A stretch of DNA of 62,993 nucleotides, filler included, from Squatina squatina (lineage: Eukaryota): assembly GCA_031763465.1 (NCBI GenBank). It is 15 parts of one record of this genome, joined end to end, with 100 filler letters (N's around TTAATTAATTAA, not from the genome) between each part and the next. Parts side by side here need not be neighbours in the genome. Positions count along the whole stretch, not along the records: positions 47,861 to 51,774 come from JARFOE010000007.1; positions 51,875 to 59,719 come from JARFOE010000007.1; positions 59,820 to 62,993 come from JARFOE010000007.1; 12 more parts are not named here. One strand, given 5' to 3'. The notes beneath the pieces were generated by a model. The model ran no database searches. It was given only the letters and a program-made list of their open reading frames with translations, and was not told the DNA's origin. Shown here in pieces: positions 49,021 through 62,993 of this stretch. A program made the position numbers and the translations under genes. Position 1 is the first letter of the stretch, and each line of letters begins with the position of its first letter.

Positions 49021-51874
49021 ACACTAATCTCTCTCCCTTAATCCCATCTTTATTTTGCTTTCTGTGCATCATTTAATTCTAATTTATACTTCCTGGTTTG
49101 GATTCTGTACATCTCAGTGAGGATCTGATTGATTGAAGAGCTTAGCTGTTGCTTATCCTGCTTACACATGCTGCATATTGCCTGTAGAGGGAGCTGTACT
49201 GGAAAAGACACAAGATTGGAGGAAATCTCCACTGACATGCCCACAAAAAATCTTTGGGCAGCTGTCAGCAAGGTGAACGGCGAGCACCATTCCTTTGCCA
49301 AAATAAATGTTGGGTCAATTGAAATTTTCAGTACAGAGACCAGTGGATTTTTGTTGGTAAGTGTACCAAAGGATCTGAAGCAAAGGCAGGTAAATATAGT
49401 GAGGGACAGATCAGCCATGATCTGACTAAATGGCAGAACAGACTTGAGGGGCTTAATGACTTACTCCTGTTCCTGTTGCTAATAACCCAGGCAACTAGAA
49501 AATATTTCCCATTACAAAGAACACCAGGAACTCGGCAACGACAGACCCATACTTTCACAACCTATTAACCATCATCGGGAAAATTATGGTTCAATTTTGC
49601 TGTAGATTTTTAGAAAATTTCAGTACATCTGAATACATCATATAGAATAAAACCCACAGGAATGTGTTTCCAGGCAGTAACACATCTCCAAGTTTAGATA
49701 ACATTGATAAGCTATTTGAGGTTTCCTCTTGTGGTTTATCAATGTTATTCGAACCCCTCAATGTGTCACAGCCTTGTGAGATATATCAAGCTGTCTGTTA
49801 TTCGATACAGATGCATGATTCGCTCTTAAACTCTGTACAAGAACTACATAATTTCACTATGATTAAAGCTTTTAAAACTATTAAATACTGCAAAGCGATG
49901 ATTATTGATTTAAAGAAGTATAGCAGATCTTAATATCCTTCAATTGCATGTTTTAAAAATATAGGTACACAAAGGATGTGCTGTGACTNNNNNNNNNNNN
50001 NNNNNNNNNNNNNNNNNNNNNNNNNNNNNNNNNNNNNNNNNNNNNNNNNNNNNNNNNNNNNNNNNNNNNNNNNNNNNNNNNNNNNNNNGCACAAATTCAC
50101 CAATTCCGGGTCAGTGTGCCACGCTGCTGGCACGGTGCCCCCGCGGCTAGGGGGCCCCGAATGCTGTGGCCGGTTTCGGCCCAATCCAATTGGGGCCTCT
50201 TAATGTGGAGCATCTGACTGCAGCCCGAGTTGCTGGGTTGGGGGTTTGCTGGCCATTTTATTCTGCACCCCGGCTACAGCCCACGTCAATCATATTGAGC
50301 CACACCTCTCTTCATTTGTCTCCTGAAAACATGCTAAGGGCCCTTTCCTTCTCAGATTAGTTTACCCCTTATATCTTTGAGCTGGGAAGTGGCCGTAGGG
50401 GGCTGCATACCTCACCAGGATTTTCCTTTTCTGATCATCAGCAAAATTAGCCATTTACAGAGCATGCCAGGATTTTTATGAAGCCACCTCACCTCCCTTT
50501 CTTGCGCACTGATAAAAACGTCCAGAAGCTTGCAACGTAACTTAATTTTAAAAGAAAACAATCAAATCATTATAAACCACAATTTTTTGGAATTTGAGGT
50601 AAGTGTTATAAATTACTATACAAGAGGGGGTTGTTTATTTTGCTCATTACAGCAGTAATGTTTGCATTTACTGTTGCACTGACTGACTCCTTCCACTTCC
50701 CACACCAGTCAGTCAGTCACTCTCCACAATCATTCATGAATACTAGTCTGGTTTAGTCTTTTACTCTGAATGTGCAAGCCCTCAAATCCTTACTAAATTT
50801 GCAACTCAACACACTGTCACAGTATCCTCACCTTCTATACCACTTTACTGGACAAAGTAATTATTCATCTACAATCTCAATTCAACTGAGAAACCAGACT
50901 GGGAGTGGGGGCAGGGGGCGGGGTTTGAACGGCTCACGTCAGCTCTGGGTGGGTTGAACAAGGTTGTGAAGGTTATTGTCTGCCCCCTCACGTGCTTTCT
51001 GTTACAGCACCCACACAGAAAGACTCAGCCAACTTATTTGCTGCTCTCCTATCCCAAGTACTTGCTGCTCCATGTGTTAGCTTGCACAACCCAAATGCTC
51101 TCTGGCTCACCTGGCCAGTTACTTAGTTCCCTCCCAAGCGCTTTCAACTGTTGGCCCTACTAAGACAAATGTTCATTGGTCCAGGACAACAGCAGCTCTG
51201 GCAAAGGTCCAAGCATGTGTCACAGTGTATATATTTTGACAACTTTGTTAAATACACAAGAGCAAAAGGAAAATACCCCAGACTTACTAGTGTTGTGTGT
51301 AACTAATCACTCCCCATAGAAAATAATCCAGTTGGAGACCAAAGCATTTACTGGCTGAAATAGGTTCTTAAATAATGATGGTGGAAAGCTCGCTAACAGA
51401 TAACAACATTTATTGTTATGTTCCCATAAAGAAAACACTGACAATGTAACTTAAAACGAGAAGATACTGTACTTTCTAAACACTCAATTACAATTATGTG
51501 CCTGAGTTGACTTTCAGCATGAACCCATTAGTAAATCCTTCTGATCACAGTACTGGGCTTCCTCAAATCAGATTAAGTAAATCTACTCTATAAACCCAAG
51601 CTCGTACTTTTCCCAAACCAATCAACATGCATCAATGCGAAACGTTACAACCAAACAATTACAATAAAGGACTAAGCCTCATTGTATCTATACCATTTCA
51701 CATTTTTGATCAACTTTGAAAATTCTGCACGCAAAATTAAAAGTCAAATATTTCTGACAAAAAGCCTACCGTCTNNNNNNNNNNNNNNNNNNNNNNNNNN
51801 NNNNNNNNNNNNNNNNNNTTAATTAATTAANNNNNNNNNNNNNNNNNNNNNNNNNNNNNNNNNNNNNNNNNNNN

Positions 51875-52040
51875 CCCCGTTAACCTTCTCTGCTCCAAGG
51901 AGATCAATCCCAGCTTCTCCAGTCTCTCTACAGAACTGAAGTCCCTCATCCCTGGGACCATTCCAGTAAACCTCCTCCGCACCCTCTCCAAGGCTTTCAC
52001 ATCCTTCCTTAAAGTGCGGTGCCCAGAATACTCCAGCTAT
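51875..52040 (-). mobile_element. CR1 LINE 3' coding fragment
   Basis: The minus strand reads KDVKALERVRRRFTGMVPGMRDFSSVERLEKLGLISLEQRRL. Confidence 0.8.
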
Positions 52041-55000
52041 AAAGGTTTGGTACAGCTTATTTGTTCTTGTACTCTATGGCCCGGAGTTTCTGTTCGATTG
52101 CGCTGTTTTTAGGTGCAATTCCCCTGATGTCACTGCACGGACTGCAGCAGTTCAAGGAGAAATCTCACCACCACCTTCACAGGGCAACTCGGGATGGGCG
52201 ATAAATGCCGGCCTCGCAAATCCCAGGAACAAAGGGAGAAAAATTATCAGTCATTGGTTCGGCAAGAAATCTGGGAAGTTTTATTTCTATTCACATACCC
52301 ATTTTAAAAAATGGTATGCAATGACCGCTGACTAGAAAACATTAGTGAACTATTCTGAAAATATCATTTATTGATGCAATGCTAGTGTTTTGTTAACTAA
52401 TGAAGATTGCACTGAAATTTTCATCCCCGCCCCATAGTAGGATGCCTGGAGCAGAGCTGATTTAAAAAGGCTTTGGCAAAGGAGGGTTTAAGAAACTACG
52501 TTGGTGTTGTTAATGATGCCTTACATCAAATGTAATAAACTGCATTTTAATAGCCACACCTTCATTACTTGTGTGGCAAAACCTGTTTATAACCATAGAA
52601 ACAGCCTGACCCCCACATGTAAATATTTTGTATACGTATGAAAGAGGAGGGTTGCAAATATGTTATCTTTGATCTTTAATCACAAAATGAGTCACAAATC
52701 CTTTAAGCCGTTTAGAGAGGATCTCAATACAGATCTTGAAGGAATACCTGAGACTTCGCACCTCCCTCACAAGGACACTCATTCATCATTGCTCTACAGG
52801 GGTTTGAGCTTTATCCAAGTTTTATCTTCACTGTGCAGAATTTCAATTGCTTGAGCAGGCAGAATTTTAGTTACAACAATTGGACGTCAACTTACATCAC
52901 TATTTCCAAAACCTCAGTACCCACGAAAATGTAAATGTCAAGAAACCTTATATGTCAACTTGTAAAGAAAAACAAAATGGATTATATTTCTAAAAAAAAA
53001 GGCAAGAAATTGAATTGACCCCAACATCAAAATTCCATCTACAGTTTAAAAACCCTGAGGGTGGAATATTAGGTGGATGGCAAAAACATGCTCTCTAATT
53101 AACTATGGCTTTCTGAAGAATAATACCAGTCTCAATTTTGTCACTTCATAAAGTCGTTATGATAACATTGGTTTTAGGATTTCAGTTAAACTGCCAACTA
53201 TTCTGATTACTCACCTAATTATAAAAATCGACTGAAGTTGTCGCACTAATGTTTAAATCGATTCTTTTTGATGTTACTAAAATATATATTAGTTGAAACA
53301 TTTTACTAAAATTGACTGCAATGCTTGTTGTGCTCATAAAGTGATTTGAGTCACCGACAGTAATAAATGGCGGGATTTTACAAAACAATGCCAGCTTGAA
53401 AAAGGTAAAAAAAAATGTATTTCAATGGACTTCAAAAATCTGTAAAATCAAAACTTTTTTTAAAAAACTGCATTTTATTCAAATGTTTTAAATTTCAAAG
53501 CAGTTTCTGAAATGTACAATGGTAAGATTGATTTGGAACTTCTAGCAAGCAGCTTTAAACTTGCATTTAAAGGAAGGAATGAAAGAAGATAAAAAGGAAA
53601 GAAGGCCAAAAGGAAGCATTTTAGCAAACGCTGAGAATCTGGTCAGTCAATGCTTATCTAGTCTGAACAAAGCCACGAGTGACCAATTTTCTTAAGCAAC
53701 CCAAATGGGAATCAACAAACAAATTTATTACAACCTCCTTTCCCCTCTGTTCATCCTCCCTCCCCCAGTATTCTGTACTTCAGGTATATTTTATGCAGAT
53801 TTAATAAACATAATCTTGCTACTATTTCCGATAAACTCTCCTTCGGGCACATACAAGGCTGTAAACAAGGGTTCAATGTGAAAAGCTGCTAGTGATAGTT
53901 CATACCATTATTTCATTACATATTGTCAGAACTCCCCAAAAACAAAGGTTTCTACCTGGTTTCAGTTATCCTGTTACATTTATAATTACATCATTTTTAA
54001 AAATTCTGATACATTTTGATAACTTGCAATGAAACCAATACCTAAAATGGTTAGAATCAGACCATGTATCAATAACAATTTCTCCTGCTTTCAGAACTTA
54101 GAAATTCACATATTACATATATTTTAACTTTATTCCAATCTCAAGCCTAAGTAGCAGTTACAGTATCTCGGATCTAATACTAAGATAGCAAAGCTGCACT
54201 ATTACCACTAACACAAATTCAGGTACAGACCAGAAAATAAAAGTATGTAAAGCCATAAAACCTCAAAGAGAAACACTTTTCTCTTACTACATATAACCCA
54301 AACTAGTGGTTAAATAATGGTTCCTGTACAGCTGTATATTTCCCCACATTAGCATTACTTTGAAAATCACAACATAAGCCATTAGCCAGGTTCACAGTTT
54401 TTTTTTAAAAAGTATCTTAAATCAGCATACATGAGCCTGAAAGAAATTATATTTTACCTACACGAACGTAATCAGAAGCAAATCTGAAACAGATCTGAAA
54501 CGGCAGATCCTCCCAGTCACGCGGGTATGGAAAACAACTGCTCGGTGATGGACTCACTGAAACCAACTGTTTGTAGTCTATCACGAAGGCTGACTAAGTC
54601 ACCAAACGCCTCTGGCCCAGTGGACACCTCACTCCTGTTTGAAAAGCGGTGGCAGCTGAAGGAAGAGATATTGATGGCTCACTAGTGGTTGAACAGCTGA
54701 GAAACCATTGCTGTCTTCTTCGATTTCACCTGCATCAGCAAAGTCACAGCTTGTAAAAGCACACATGGCGAGGCCTTTCAAGCAAACTCTTCACTCAAAA
54801 GTACATGGTAACTGCTTCCCTGCTCACTTTAAATGATCTCTAAACTCACATTTCAGAGCTTTTGATTTGCTTNNNNNNNNNNNNNNNNNNNNNNNNNNNN
54901 NNNNNNNNNNNNNNNNNNNNNNNNNNNNNNNNNNNNNNNNNNNNNNNNNNNNNNNNNNNNNNNNNNNNNNNNNNNNNNNNNNNNNNNNNNNNNNNNNNNN

Positions 55001-58000
55001 NNNNNNNNNNNNNNNNNNNNNNNNNNNNNNNNNNNNNNNNNNNNNNNNNNNNNNNNNNNNNNNNNNNNNNNNNNNNNNNNNNNNNNNNNNNNNNNNNNNN
55101 NNNNNNNNNNNNNNNNNNNNNNNNNNNNNNNNNNNNNNNNNNNNNNNNNNNNNNNNNNNNNNNNNNNNNNNNNNNNNNNNNNNNNNNNNNNNNNNNNNNN
55201 NNNNNNNNNNNNNNNNNACTAGACCAAGAGAGCTGTATTCCTAGCTCTATTTATCAAATGATACAGTAAATTGAAATTATTTTAACTTGATCATGCTAAA
55301 TAAATAATTCCATGGCACAACAAATCGAGTTGAAAACTACGGTGGGTGGATTAATGGGATTACCATGTGCAATAATACTGTCACATCTTTCAAGAGTAAA
55401 ATTAAGTAAGATTCCTAAAGCTCTTTGTGCTGCCCAAGTGTGCATGACATCACTGGGGTTTATTGAGCAAAGAGCTAATCAATGAGCGTCATTAAGCCTC
55501 ATCAGCAAGCTCTCGAATAAAAGCATGAATTAGATTGCTCTCCTTGACAGTAGGAGTCATGACCTACCATAAGAGCTAGGTTGATGACTGTACATTGAGA
55601 GGATGAGCCCAAGTACAGTAGCTAAATTTCATGAGCAAGGAGTTACACATTCAAAGTAAAAATCCATCAAAAATAAAAGCTTCAGCATTTTTGCAATGTT
55701 GTGTCTGCTGAATAGCATATTATAATGCGACAGCACAAAACAAGAAAAAAAAGCATGAGACGACTACGAATTGTAAGCACTCACAAAAATGCATGGCAGC
55801 AAATATCAAACGTGTGAATAATTTCTTTGATCACACTTGCAAACACAACAAAAAAAAAGAAAAAAGAAATCAATATTTGCATTGCATGGGTGAAGATTTC
55901 TCCTGAGCATTATTTATAGTGAAAACGTACACACATTTAACGATTCTACTACAAATACCACAAGAAGCANNNNNNNNNNNNNNNNNNNNNNNNNNNNNNN
56001 NNNNNNNNNNNNNNNNNNNNNNNNNNNNNNNNNNNNNNNNNNNNNNNNNNNNNNNNNNNNNNNNNNNNNTCGGTTACCGCTCCCAATCAAGGCGCTGGGA
56101 AATTTCTTTCCCCCACCCCCACCCCAATATTCTTTGGAATAATTTACAATTCACACACAAGTAAAACAAACAGGAAAATCCTAATTTCATTGCCTGTCGT
56201 AACCCTCTTTATCCTTGGGTTAATTTTTGTTAGTTGTTCCTTAATTGCTTCTTCCCTTTCCTGTTTCCTCCCAACACTTCATTCCACTTCAGTTGCAGTT
56301 TAGGCTTGCTTTTTTTTAATAAAAGCATTGTTTTGCTTCTTCTTTTTATTTTACTCTTAATCCCTCACCTTTGGCTCCAAGCTATTTTGCCACAACAGCA
56401 GGTAGNNNNNNNNNNCATTACACAGAAATCTCAAAGATTTAATCTATCAGCCAGGCAGCTCAACAAACCCACTGACTGGTTTAAAGCCTCAGACTTCTTG
56501 TATTTGGAGCCCCTGAAGTCTTTGGCATATTAATTAAGATATAATAGAAAGTAGGAGTACAAAAATAGCTATCTTCATTATTATGACTAAAATAGGTGCA
56601 TTGAAGGATGCTAACTGCTACCTGTACATGCAAATCAAGTCCATCAAAACAAAAATGCAATCATTCTCATCTAAAGAAATACAGAGTAAAATCTTCATAT
56701 TCGGTCCTTAACCATATGAAAGTACCTTGAGCAGCAACAAAGTAAATATGTACTTGAATTGATCTCAATGTTTTCCAGCTGTTTTATTCTACAGCAACTA
56801 TCACTGCAGGATAGAAAACAGGGACCAAAATAGTCTTTACTTTAAAAGCACAGTTTGAAGGCAGTATCATTGTGCTGTGTAGATAAGAGCCTGAATTCTG
56901 ACAGGAATTAACGGCTTCAAACCTCACCACAATGTGTGACTCAAAAACACCAGATGCAGGTGCAGAAAGTTAATCTACAGCCGAAAAGTGCAATAAAAGA
57001 CACATGCTGTATTACAAACATACAAACTTCTCAAAGCCAAAGCTGGCTGCATTGTTATACCACATTACCAGTATATACATTACATGAGGAGCTGCATATC
57101 AGCTGGTTTGAAAAGTACTAAAAATGCTGATTTACAGTATGCTACACATCCTTTATATTGATTCTATGCATGCCAGAACATGGGTACTCTACTTAAAATA
57201 ATTGAACCATCCAGATGGTGTAAGCATCAATTCAGCAAAATTGTACAACCTTCTAAAAACAGTAGTTAATTATATTTATAACACTTCATTTCTTAAACAT
57301 TTACAATTAGCAAAAAGCATTCTGCAATTGTTTTCCAAAATACTTCATGTTCAATTTTTCACAACTGAATACACTCACGTGTAAATAAGGAAAGGATTTG
57401 CATTTATGTAGCACCGGTCACATTCTCATGACATCCCAAAACACTTCACAACCAATCTGCAGCTTTGTTATTGACAAAAAGTTCAGTATGTAAAAAAGAA
57501 TCAATAAATCAGGAATGTGTTATCATGCAAATGTAGGAGTGAACTGAATCAAAAACAGCTAAGAAAACTGGCAAAGCAATAAAATGTTCCAGTCATCACA
57601 GAAGAAAGCTCTGCTTTAAAAAGAGAGCATTACCCATAGCTAGTTCCTTAATATATCACTCAAATAAGATTATTTACACTGCTGCACTAGTTCCCAGTTC
57701 TGACACTTTGGTTGTATGGAATCTATATATCAAAAGATTCAATCGATTCAGAATATGCTATCTGATAATCCACATCTACATCAACGTCTTAGTGTATTGT
57801 GATTATTCTCCAATAGTTTCTAGCATATCCCAAAAACTAATTTTTCCACAGTTCTTCCACATTTTAACCGACTATATTTGGTCGAAGAATCCCAGCCGTT
57901 TATGAATCACGAATAGGGAATCATTACATCCCAAATACTTGTTACAGGACTCGATACATGTGCACATTATTGGGCCATGGTAACATTGATCAAACCCTTA

Positions 58001-59279
58001 TGTTTACACAATCATTCCATTGATCTATACAAGGCTGGAATTCACTACTTGCTTCTCATATCAAAAACATAAATCTGCGTTTATTTTAAACAGATTTTCA
58101 AATAGAATGGAAAAATGAACCTTACTGTAAATAAAACTAAGCAAACCACACTTCGCATAAATTCAGGAGTGCTTAGTGAATTCAAAAGAATCTGTCTGCA
58201 ATTTGCAGTCTGGAGTACACCACACAACATATAAATTGGAATTTTGCTTGCTGCACCTTTGTATAGCTAATTTAATACAATCAAAACTAATTTGGTGTTG
58301 GAACCCTTTATTACAATAGGTCAGAATGTGCCAGAATTCAGTATGCACCGTGAATTATAAAAACTGACTACAGTAGCACCAAACCAGACAGGCAAAAACA
58401 TTTGACAATTTGAGCTGCAGATTGTTCAGGTAACTTAATGCCCCATTTATCCCACCTCATTGGATAAAGCTATGGTCAAAAAATGAACTTACTGAGATTC
58501 CTGCCTGCCCAGAAGCTATCTTATTAACTTTGCTCATTAAGTTCACAATATTGTATTACTTAACAAATGTTAAAACAAAGAGGTGGTACATCAAATAACA
58601 GATTTGAACTTTAACAAGTAATACATCCATCACGAATCCAAAACAATCTTTTTGCAGCCCAATTTTTCAAACAACAGTTAATATTTTATTTCAAGCTACT
58701 TTGAAAGCTGGAAAGCAACTTATGCCAACAATCCTAAACTCCAACCAAGGGAGATTGCAGAAATGTGGTGTCCGGTAATAGCAAATATCATACAAAATAA
58801 ACGCTATATGGAATTTATAACGTGGGCTCTCTCAGGGATTAAACAATACTGAATATACCGATAAGGCAGTCCCATCGAAATACTGCTTGACGAAAACAAA
58901 CTACTCGCTCCCTTCATATTCAGGATTGCTTATAAGCCTTTTGGAATAAAAATTAAATGCCCTACACTATGATGATTTAGCTGAACTGTCAAACTATTGC
59001 GTTGCATCAGACCTTCATCTCCCTGTTCAATCCCACACTGAATAATAACGTGATGTGCGGATTCAGGAGGCTGCAATTTCAATATTAGCTGTATTAATGC
59101 CCTCAACCAGACCGCCCGACCCGCACACGCAACTGAATGTTTTGGAAACTAGATGGATTACTTCATAACAGGGCAATTTCACGGCCCCCTGAAGAATACA
59201 TGACAGCGAAAGGGCTCAGTGTGGAGCAATTCCACTAATTTACTGATCTACATTTCGATTGAGGATGTGAAAGAGCACA

Positions 59280-59719
59280 GACTTGGAGGAGCAGAGATCT
59301 TGGATCGTTGTAGGGCTGGAGGAGGCTAGAGCTAGGGAGGGGTGAAGCCATGGAAGGGAATTGAACACAAAGACGATAATTTTAAATTTGAGGTGTTGCT
59401 GGACCGGGAGCCAATGTTGATTAGCAGGGGTGATGGGTAAACTGGGCTTGGTGTGAGTTAGGACACAGGCAGCAGGGTTTTGGATGAGCTGAAGTTAACG
59501 GAAAGCGGAAGGTGGGAGGCCGGCCAGGAAAGCATTGGAATTATCGTCTGGAGGTAACGAAGGCATGGATGAGGGTTTCAGCAGCAGATGGGCTGAGGCA
59601 GGGTGGAGACGGGTGATGTTACAGAGGTAGCAGTAGGTGGTCTTGGTAATAGAGCGGATATGGGGTCGAAGCTCGGCTCAGGGTCAAATAGGCTGCCGAG
59701 GTTGCGATCAGCCAGACAC
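59280..59719 (-). mobile_element. L2 LINE ORF2 C-terminal fragment
   Basis: The minus strand gives LIHAFVTSRR, QLIQNPAACVL and HWLPVQQHLKFKIIVFVFNS motifs. Confidence 0.8.
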
Positions 59720-59917
59720 NNNNNNNNNNNNNNNNNNNNNNNNNNNNNNNNNNNNNNNNNNNNTTAATTAATTAANNNNNNNNNNNNNNNNNNNNNNNNN
59801 NNNNNNNNNNNNNNNNNNNACTGCCCCGCTTCCCCCCCGCTATCTTCCTTCCTCACTGTTATTATCAGGGCTTTAGTGTCTAACAGCTAACAGGAAATGT
59901 TTTCAACGTGTTGTATG

Positions 59918-60109
59918 TGGTAATTTTCCTCGGTTGTGCTACTGTCAGAGAGCATTATCTACCACTCACACATATTGGGAATTGCAAGCATTGCTGCCCA
60001 TGATTTTCCACTCATTAATTTTAATTGTGAATAATGCACCTGCCATTTCCCAATATGTATAGCTGGTGGCTGAGGAGCCCTGACAGCAACACGAACAGGG
60101 AAATTACCC
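59918..60109. mobile_element. Palindromic MITE (hairpin-forming)
   Basis: Imperfect ~75-bp arms: ggtaattttcct...ctgtcag...acatattgggaa versus ttcccaatatgt...ctgacag...agggaaattaccc. Confidence 0.65.
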
Positions 60110-62094
60110 GAGCCATAATAGGAATAAGACATGCACAATAGACCTCTTTTCAGGCGACTGTATGAAAACTATCATGAGAGGCATGCAACAGATAATTTGT
60201 CTTAAGTTCTTCTTTTTGTTAATTAGATCAACATTTTCCTCACATTTCTTGCCAAAAAGGTGACCGCGAGTCTACTCCCAGGCCTCAGTCAATGTTGCTC
60301 TGGGCAACAACAACTTGCCCTTATCTTCGGAGCGTCATCAGACAAAAATTTGACATGGAGCCACATAAGGAAATATTAGGACAGGTGACCCAAAAGTTTG
60401 GTCAAAGAGATAGGTTTTGAGGGGCGTCTTAAAGGAGGAGAGAGAGGCGGAGAGGTTTAGGAAGGGAATTCCAGAGCTTCAGGCCTTAGCAACTGAAGGA
60501 CATTAGTGGTGGGGTACAAGGAGTGAGGTTGCACAAGGACCAGCCTCTGGGTCAGAATAGTGGCTCTGGGATGAGTGTTAACATTTTTCCTTAGAGGCGT
60601 CTGTCCCCTACTCCATGCCTCTGCAAAGGAATGAAGCAAGATCAGGAAATGAGCAATTTAAGGGAGTGATACTCCCTCCCTCAAGTGCTGTGGTTCTACA
60701 CGTTGGCACTCCAGTGCACTGTGCCACGTCCTGTATACTTTATCTACAGTTTAGAAAACAGGTAGTTTTGCGGACCAGAAAAAAAACAGAGCAACGACTA
60801 GAATTATGTCAAATTTTCACTAATTACACAGAAAAGGATTTTGTAACTTAAATCAACGGGCAGCGAGTGCTGATGTTATTTGTTTTCCAGGAAGTTATAT
60901 TATACTTTAAATTGCAGCATGGGTTTAAGTATTGGAATACAATCAAGAACGTGCGGGGAAACCAAAATGTTCTGACATCTAATTACTTAAGGACATCTGG
61001 TTATTTAAGGAACTTGGGAGGGAGGTAAGTGACATCATTGACGGTACTATATTTAGACTGCAGTACAAAACAAGGAAGTGCTGTACTGCGGAAACAATTC
61101 GATAAGGAAAATATGTTCAAGGATGAGAACTTTTGGTTTTGGCAAACTTCACCATCTCCGCGGAAAATGATTGCTCCTCGCACTTACTTTTGAAAATAAA
61201 AAGGAAAGTTTGTGCAGCACTGATGTACTGCCATTGATCTTCACCAGTCAATTAACTGCACAGGAAATTTAGTCATAATAAAACAGTACAGTATTCTTTA
61301 ATACAAGTTGTGCTTTTCGCAACCCTGACACTTAAAAAAATGTTAACATAATTAAGAAATTTGTCTTTATATATACAATTTCTGTCTTTTGTGTGTTTAC
61401 AACCCAATCTGGAAATATACATTTTTCCTCTCCAATAATCTCTCCTTTCCTGAGCATGGTGACTGGGCTATGGTTCTGCTGCAGTCACCAACCCATACCT
61501 TGACCAAGTAGTTCCTAAAGCTTTGCATTGCTGATGAAAATAAGTAAAATCCAGCTAATGCATTTTTTGTGCAAAACACTCAGGGGTCCCAATTGGTTAG
61601 GGCCACGTTGGCAGCATTAGCTGCTGAAAAAGGATTTGTTAGCGGCAGAGTCCGGGTCCTGCAAAATAATGAGGCATTAGTCTCTTAGGAAAGAAATGCA
61701 GTGTTGGCGCTAATGGGGCTTAATGGGGGCGCTAATCAGTTCAGCTGTGGCTCTAATGGAGAAGCAGTCTGAACTGGGCCAATTCCACGAGCTTTGAATT
61801 TGGGGCTAACCATTTTCCAGGCCACTCCAGCCCTTAAAGGCAATGGGCAGCTTCGCTTTCTGCTTTATGTGGTGTCTGGAAGGTACATGGTGGCTGCTGC
61901 AGCTCCAGCACAGAGGGCCTGGCGTGTCACAGAACAAGCATTGGAGACTCTGGTGGCATTGGTGGAGGCTCAGGNNNNNNNNNNNNNNNNNNNNNNNNNN
62001 NNNNNNNNNNNNNNNNNNNNNNNNNNNNNNNNNNNNNNNNNNNNNNNNNNNNNNNNNNNNNNNNNNNNNNNNNNTCCTTTAAAACTTGCTACAT

Positions 62095-62245
62095 TTCTTA
62101 CTTCTTCCGGTGCTGACGAAGGGCCATCGACCCGAAACATTAACTCTGCTTCTCTCCCCACAGATGCTGCCCACCTGACCTGTTGAGATTTTCCAGTTTT
62201 TTCTGTTTTTATTTCAGATTCCAGCACCTGCAGTATTTTGCTTTT
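62095..62245 (+). mobile_element. Penelope-like element terminal fragment (related copies at about 42345-42443 and 8865-8975)
   Basis: ctgacgaagggccatcgacccgaaacattaactctgcttctctccccacagatgctgcc...ttccagttttttctgtttttatttcagatttccagca; repeated in the window. Confidence 0.6.
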
Positions 62246-62652
62246 GCTCAATAAATATATTGGGTTGAATATTTGAAATATAGATCTTGACCTGTTTAAT
62301 AGCTGGGACTTAAATAAAAATGTTCTGAAGTATGGATGTTCTTTCATAACAAGATGTAATGATGCCGTCTACTCAATATAAATAACTTCAATCTTGCTTA
62401 AAATGTAATTTGTTCTGTTTATGTGGCAGTGCTTAAAGAAGGAGTAATTCATCTGATGCACTGACAGAGATAGTAGCAGCCAGGTTAAGGATTGATCTCA
62501 ATCGTTAATGTGCTGGTGAATAAACAAGAAATACATATGACATATAGTATTTGGCAGAACAAATACTACAAACCTCACGTGGATTAATGGAGAAACACAT
62601 TTTAACCTAAGCTTTCCATGCTGTATAGTGATATTCCCAAGACAGTTCTCAC

Positions 62653-62930
62653 CTTACAGCCTGTCGCAGTCGTAACCTATTGCTGAAATGCCTTCCCACT
62701 GCTGAGAATTTGGAGGTGCTAAATCTGAGAAGCAGTTGAAATGTTCAGCTCCAGGGATGACGTAGACAGTTCGTGCCTGATCCATCAACGTACCAGTACT
62801 ACCTCCAGCTCGGAGAAAATAGATCATGAAAAGGGGAGATTCTCTGTTGTCAGAAACATTTACTTGGAATGTCTGTCATTCATTTATTTAATTTGCTCTG
62901 AAAAGCCAGCACATACTTCCTCTCCTGTCT
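62653..62930 (-). other. Candidate MEF2A upstream (5'UTR) exon
   Basis: Strong polypyrimidine acceptor ttttttttttctctcccaag and donor AAG|GTGAGA in the MEF2A orientation. Splice signals only. Confidence 0.3.
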
Positions 62931-62993
62931 CTTGGGAGAGAAAAAAAAAACAGGATTATTAAAAGGATAGAAAGATGTGTATTAATAATGCGC

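Noticed and set aside
61047..61056. MEF2 consensus site CTATATTTAG near ETS- and CRE-like motifs as an autoregulatory enhancer
   Set aside because: Such 10-mers are expected repeatedly by chance in AT-rich DNA; unsupported without conservation or ChIP data.

Overview
Eukaryotic, repeat-rich vertebrate DNA from a fragmented draft assembly. The repeat content (Deu-domain SINEs, CR1, L2, RTE, Penelope-type tails, palindromic MITEs) points to a cartilaginous fish; this is inference. There are many N gaps, and 14 of them are artificial 44N-TTAATTAATTAA-44N scaffolding linkers. Two protein-coding genes lie tail-to-tail, as in the known vertebrate synteny. LYSMD4 (+) has two coding exons (13651-13926, 16436-17008; 282 aa). 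MEF2A (-) has visible coding exons at 43698-43751, 42544-42613 (partial), alpha1 31411-31542, alpha2 31323-31360 (partial), 30421-30474 and 23947-24256; several other exons are not visible and probably lie in gaps. Signals the ORF track does not explain: (1) a heavily decayed ~2.7 kb coding fossil just after the LYSMD4 stop, with the domain order of an Academ (AcademX) DNA transposase; (2) one intact ROCK-kinase coiled-coil exon with both splice sites, alone upstream of the first MEF2A coding exon; (3) a 50-nt intron between the MEF2A alpha1 and alpha2 exons; (4) a CpG-rich segment near 6 kb with splice donors pointing in both directions; (5) a Blackjack-type hAT MITE with a perfect 8-bp TSD; (6) degenerate hammerhead-ribozyme cores in Penelope-type repeats. 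No tRNA, rRNA or CRISPR was seen. Family assignments come from recalled motifs, not database searches.
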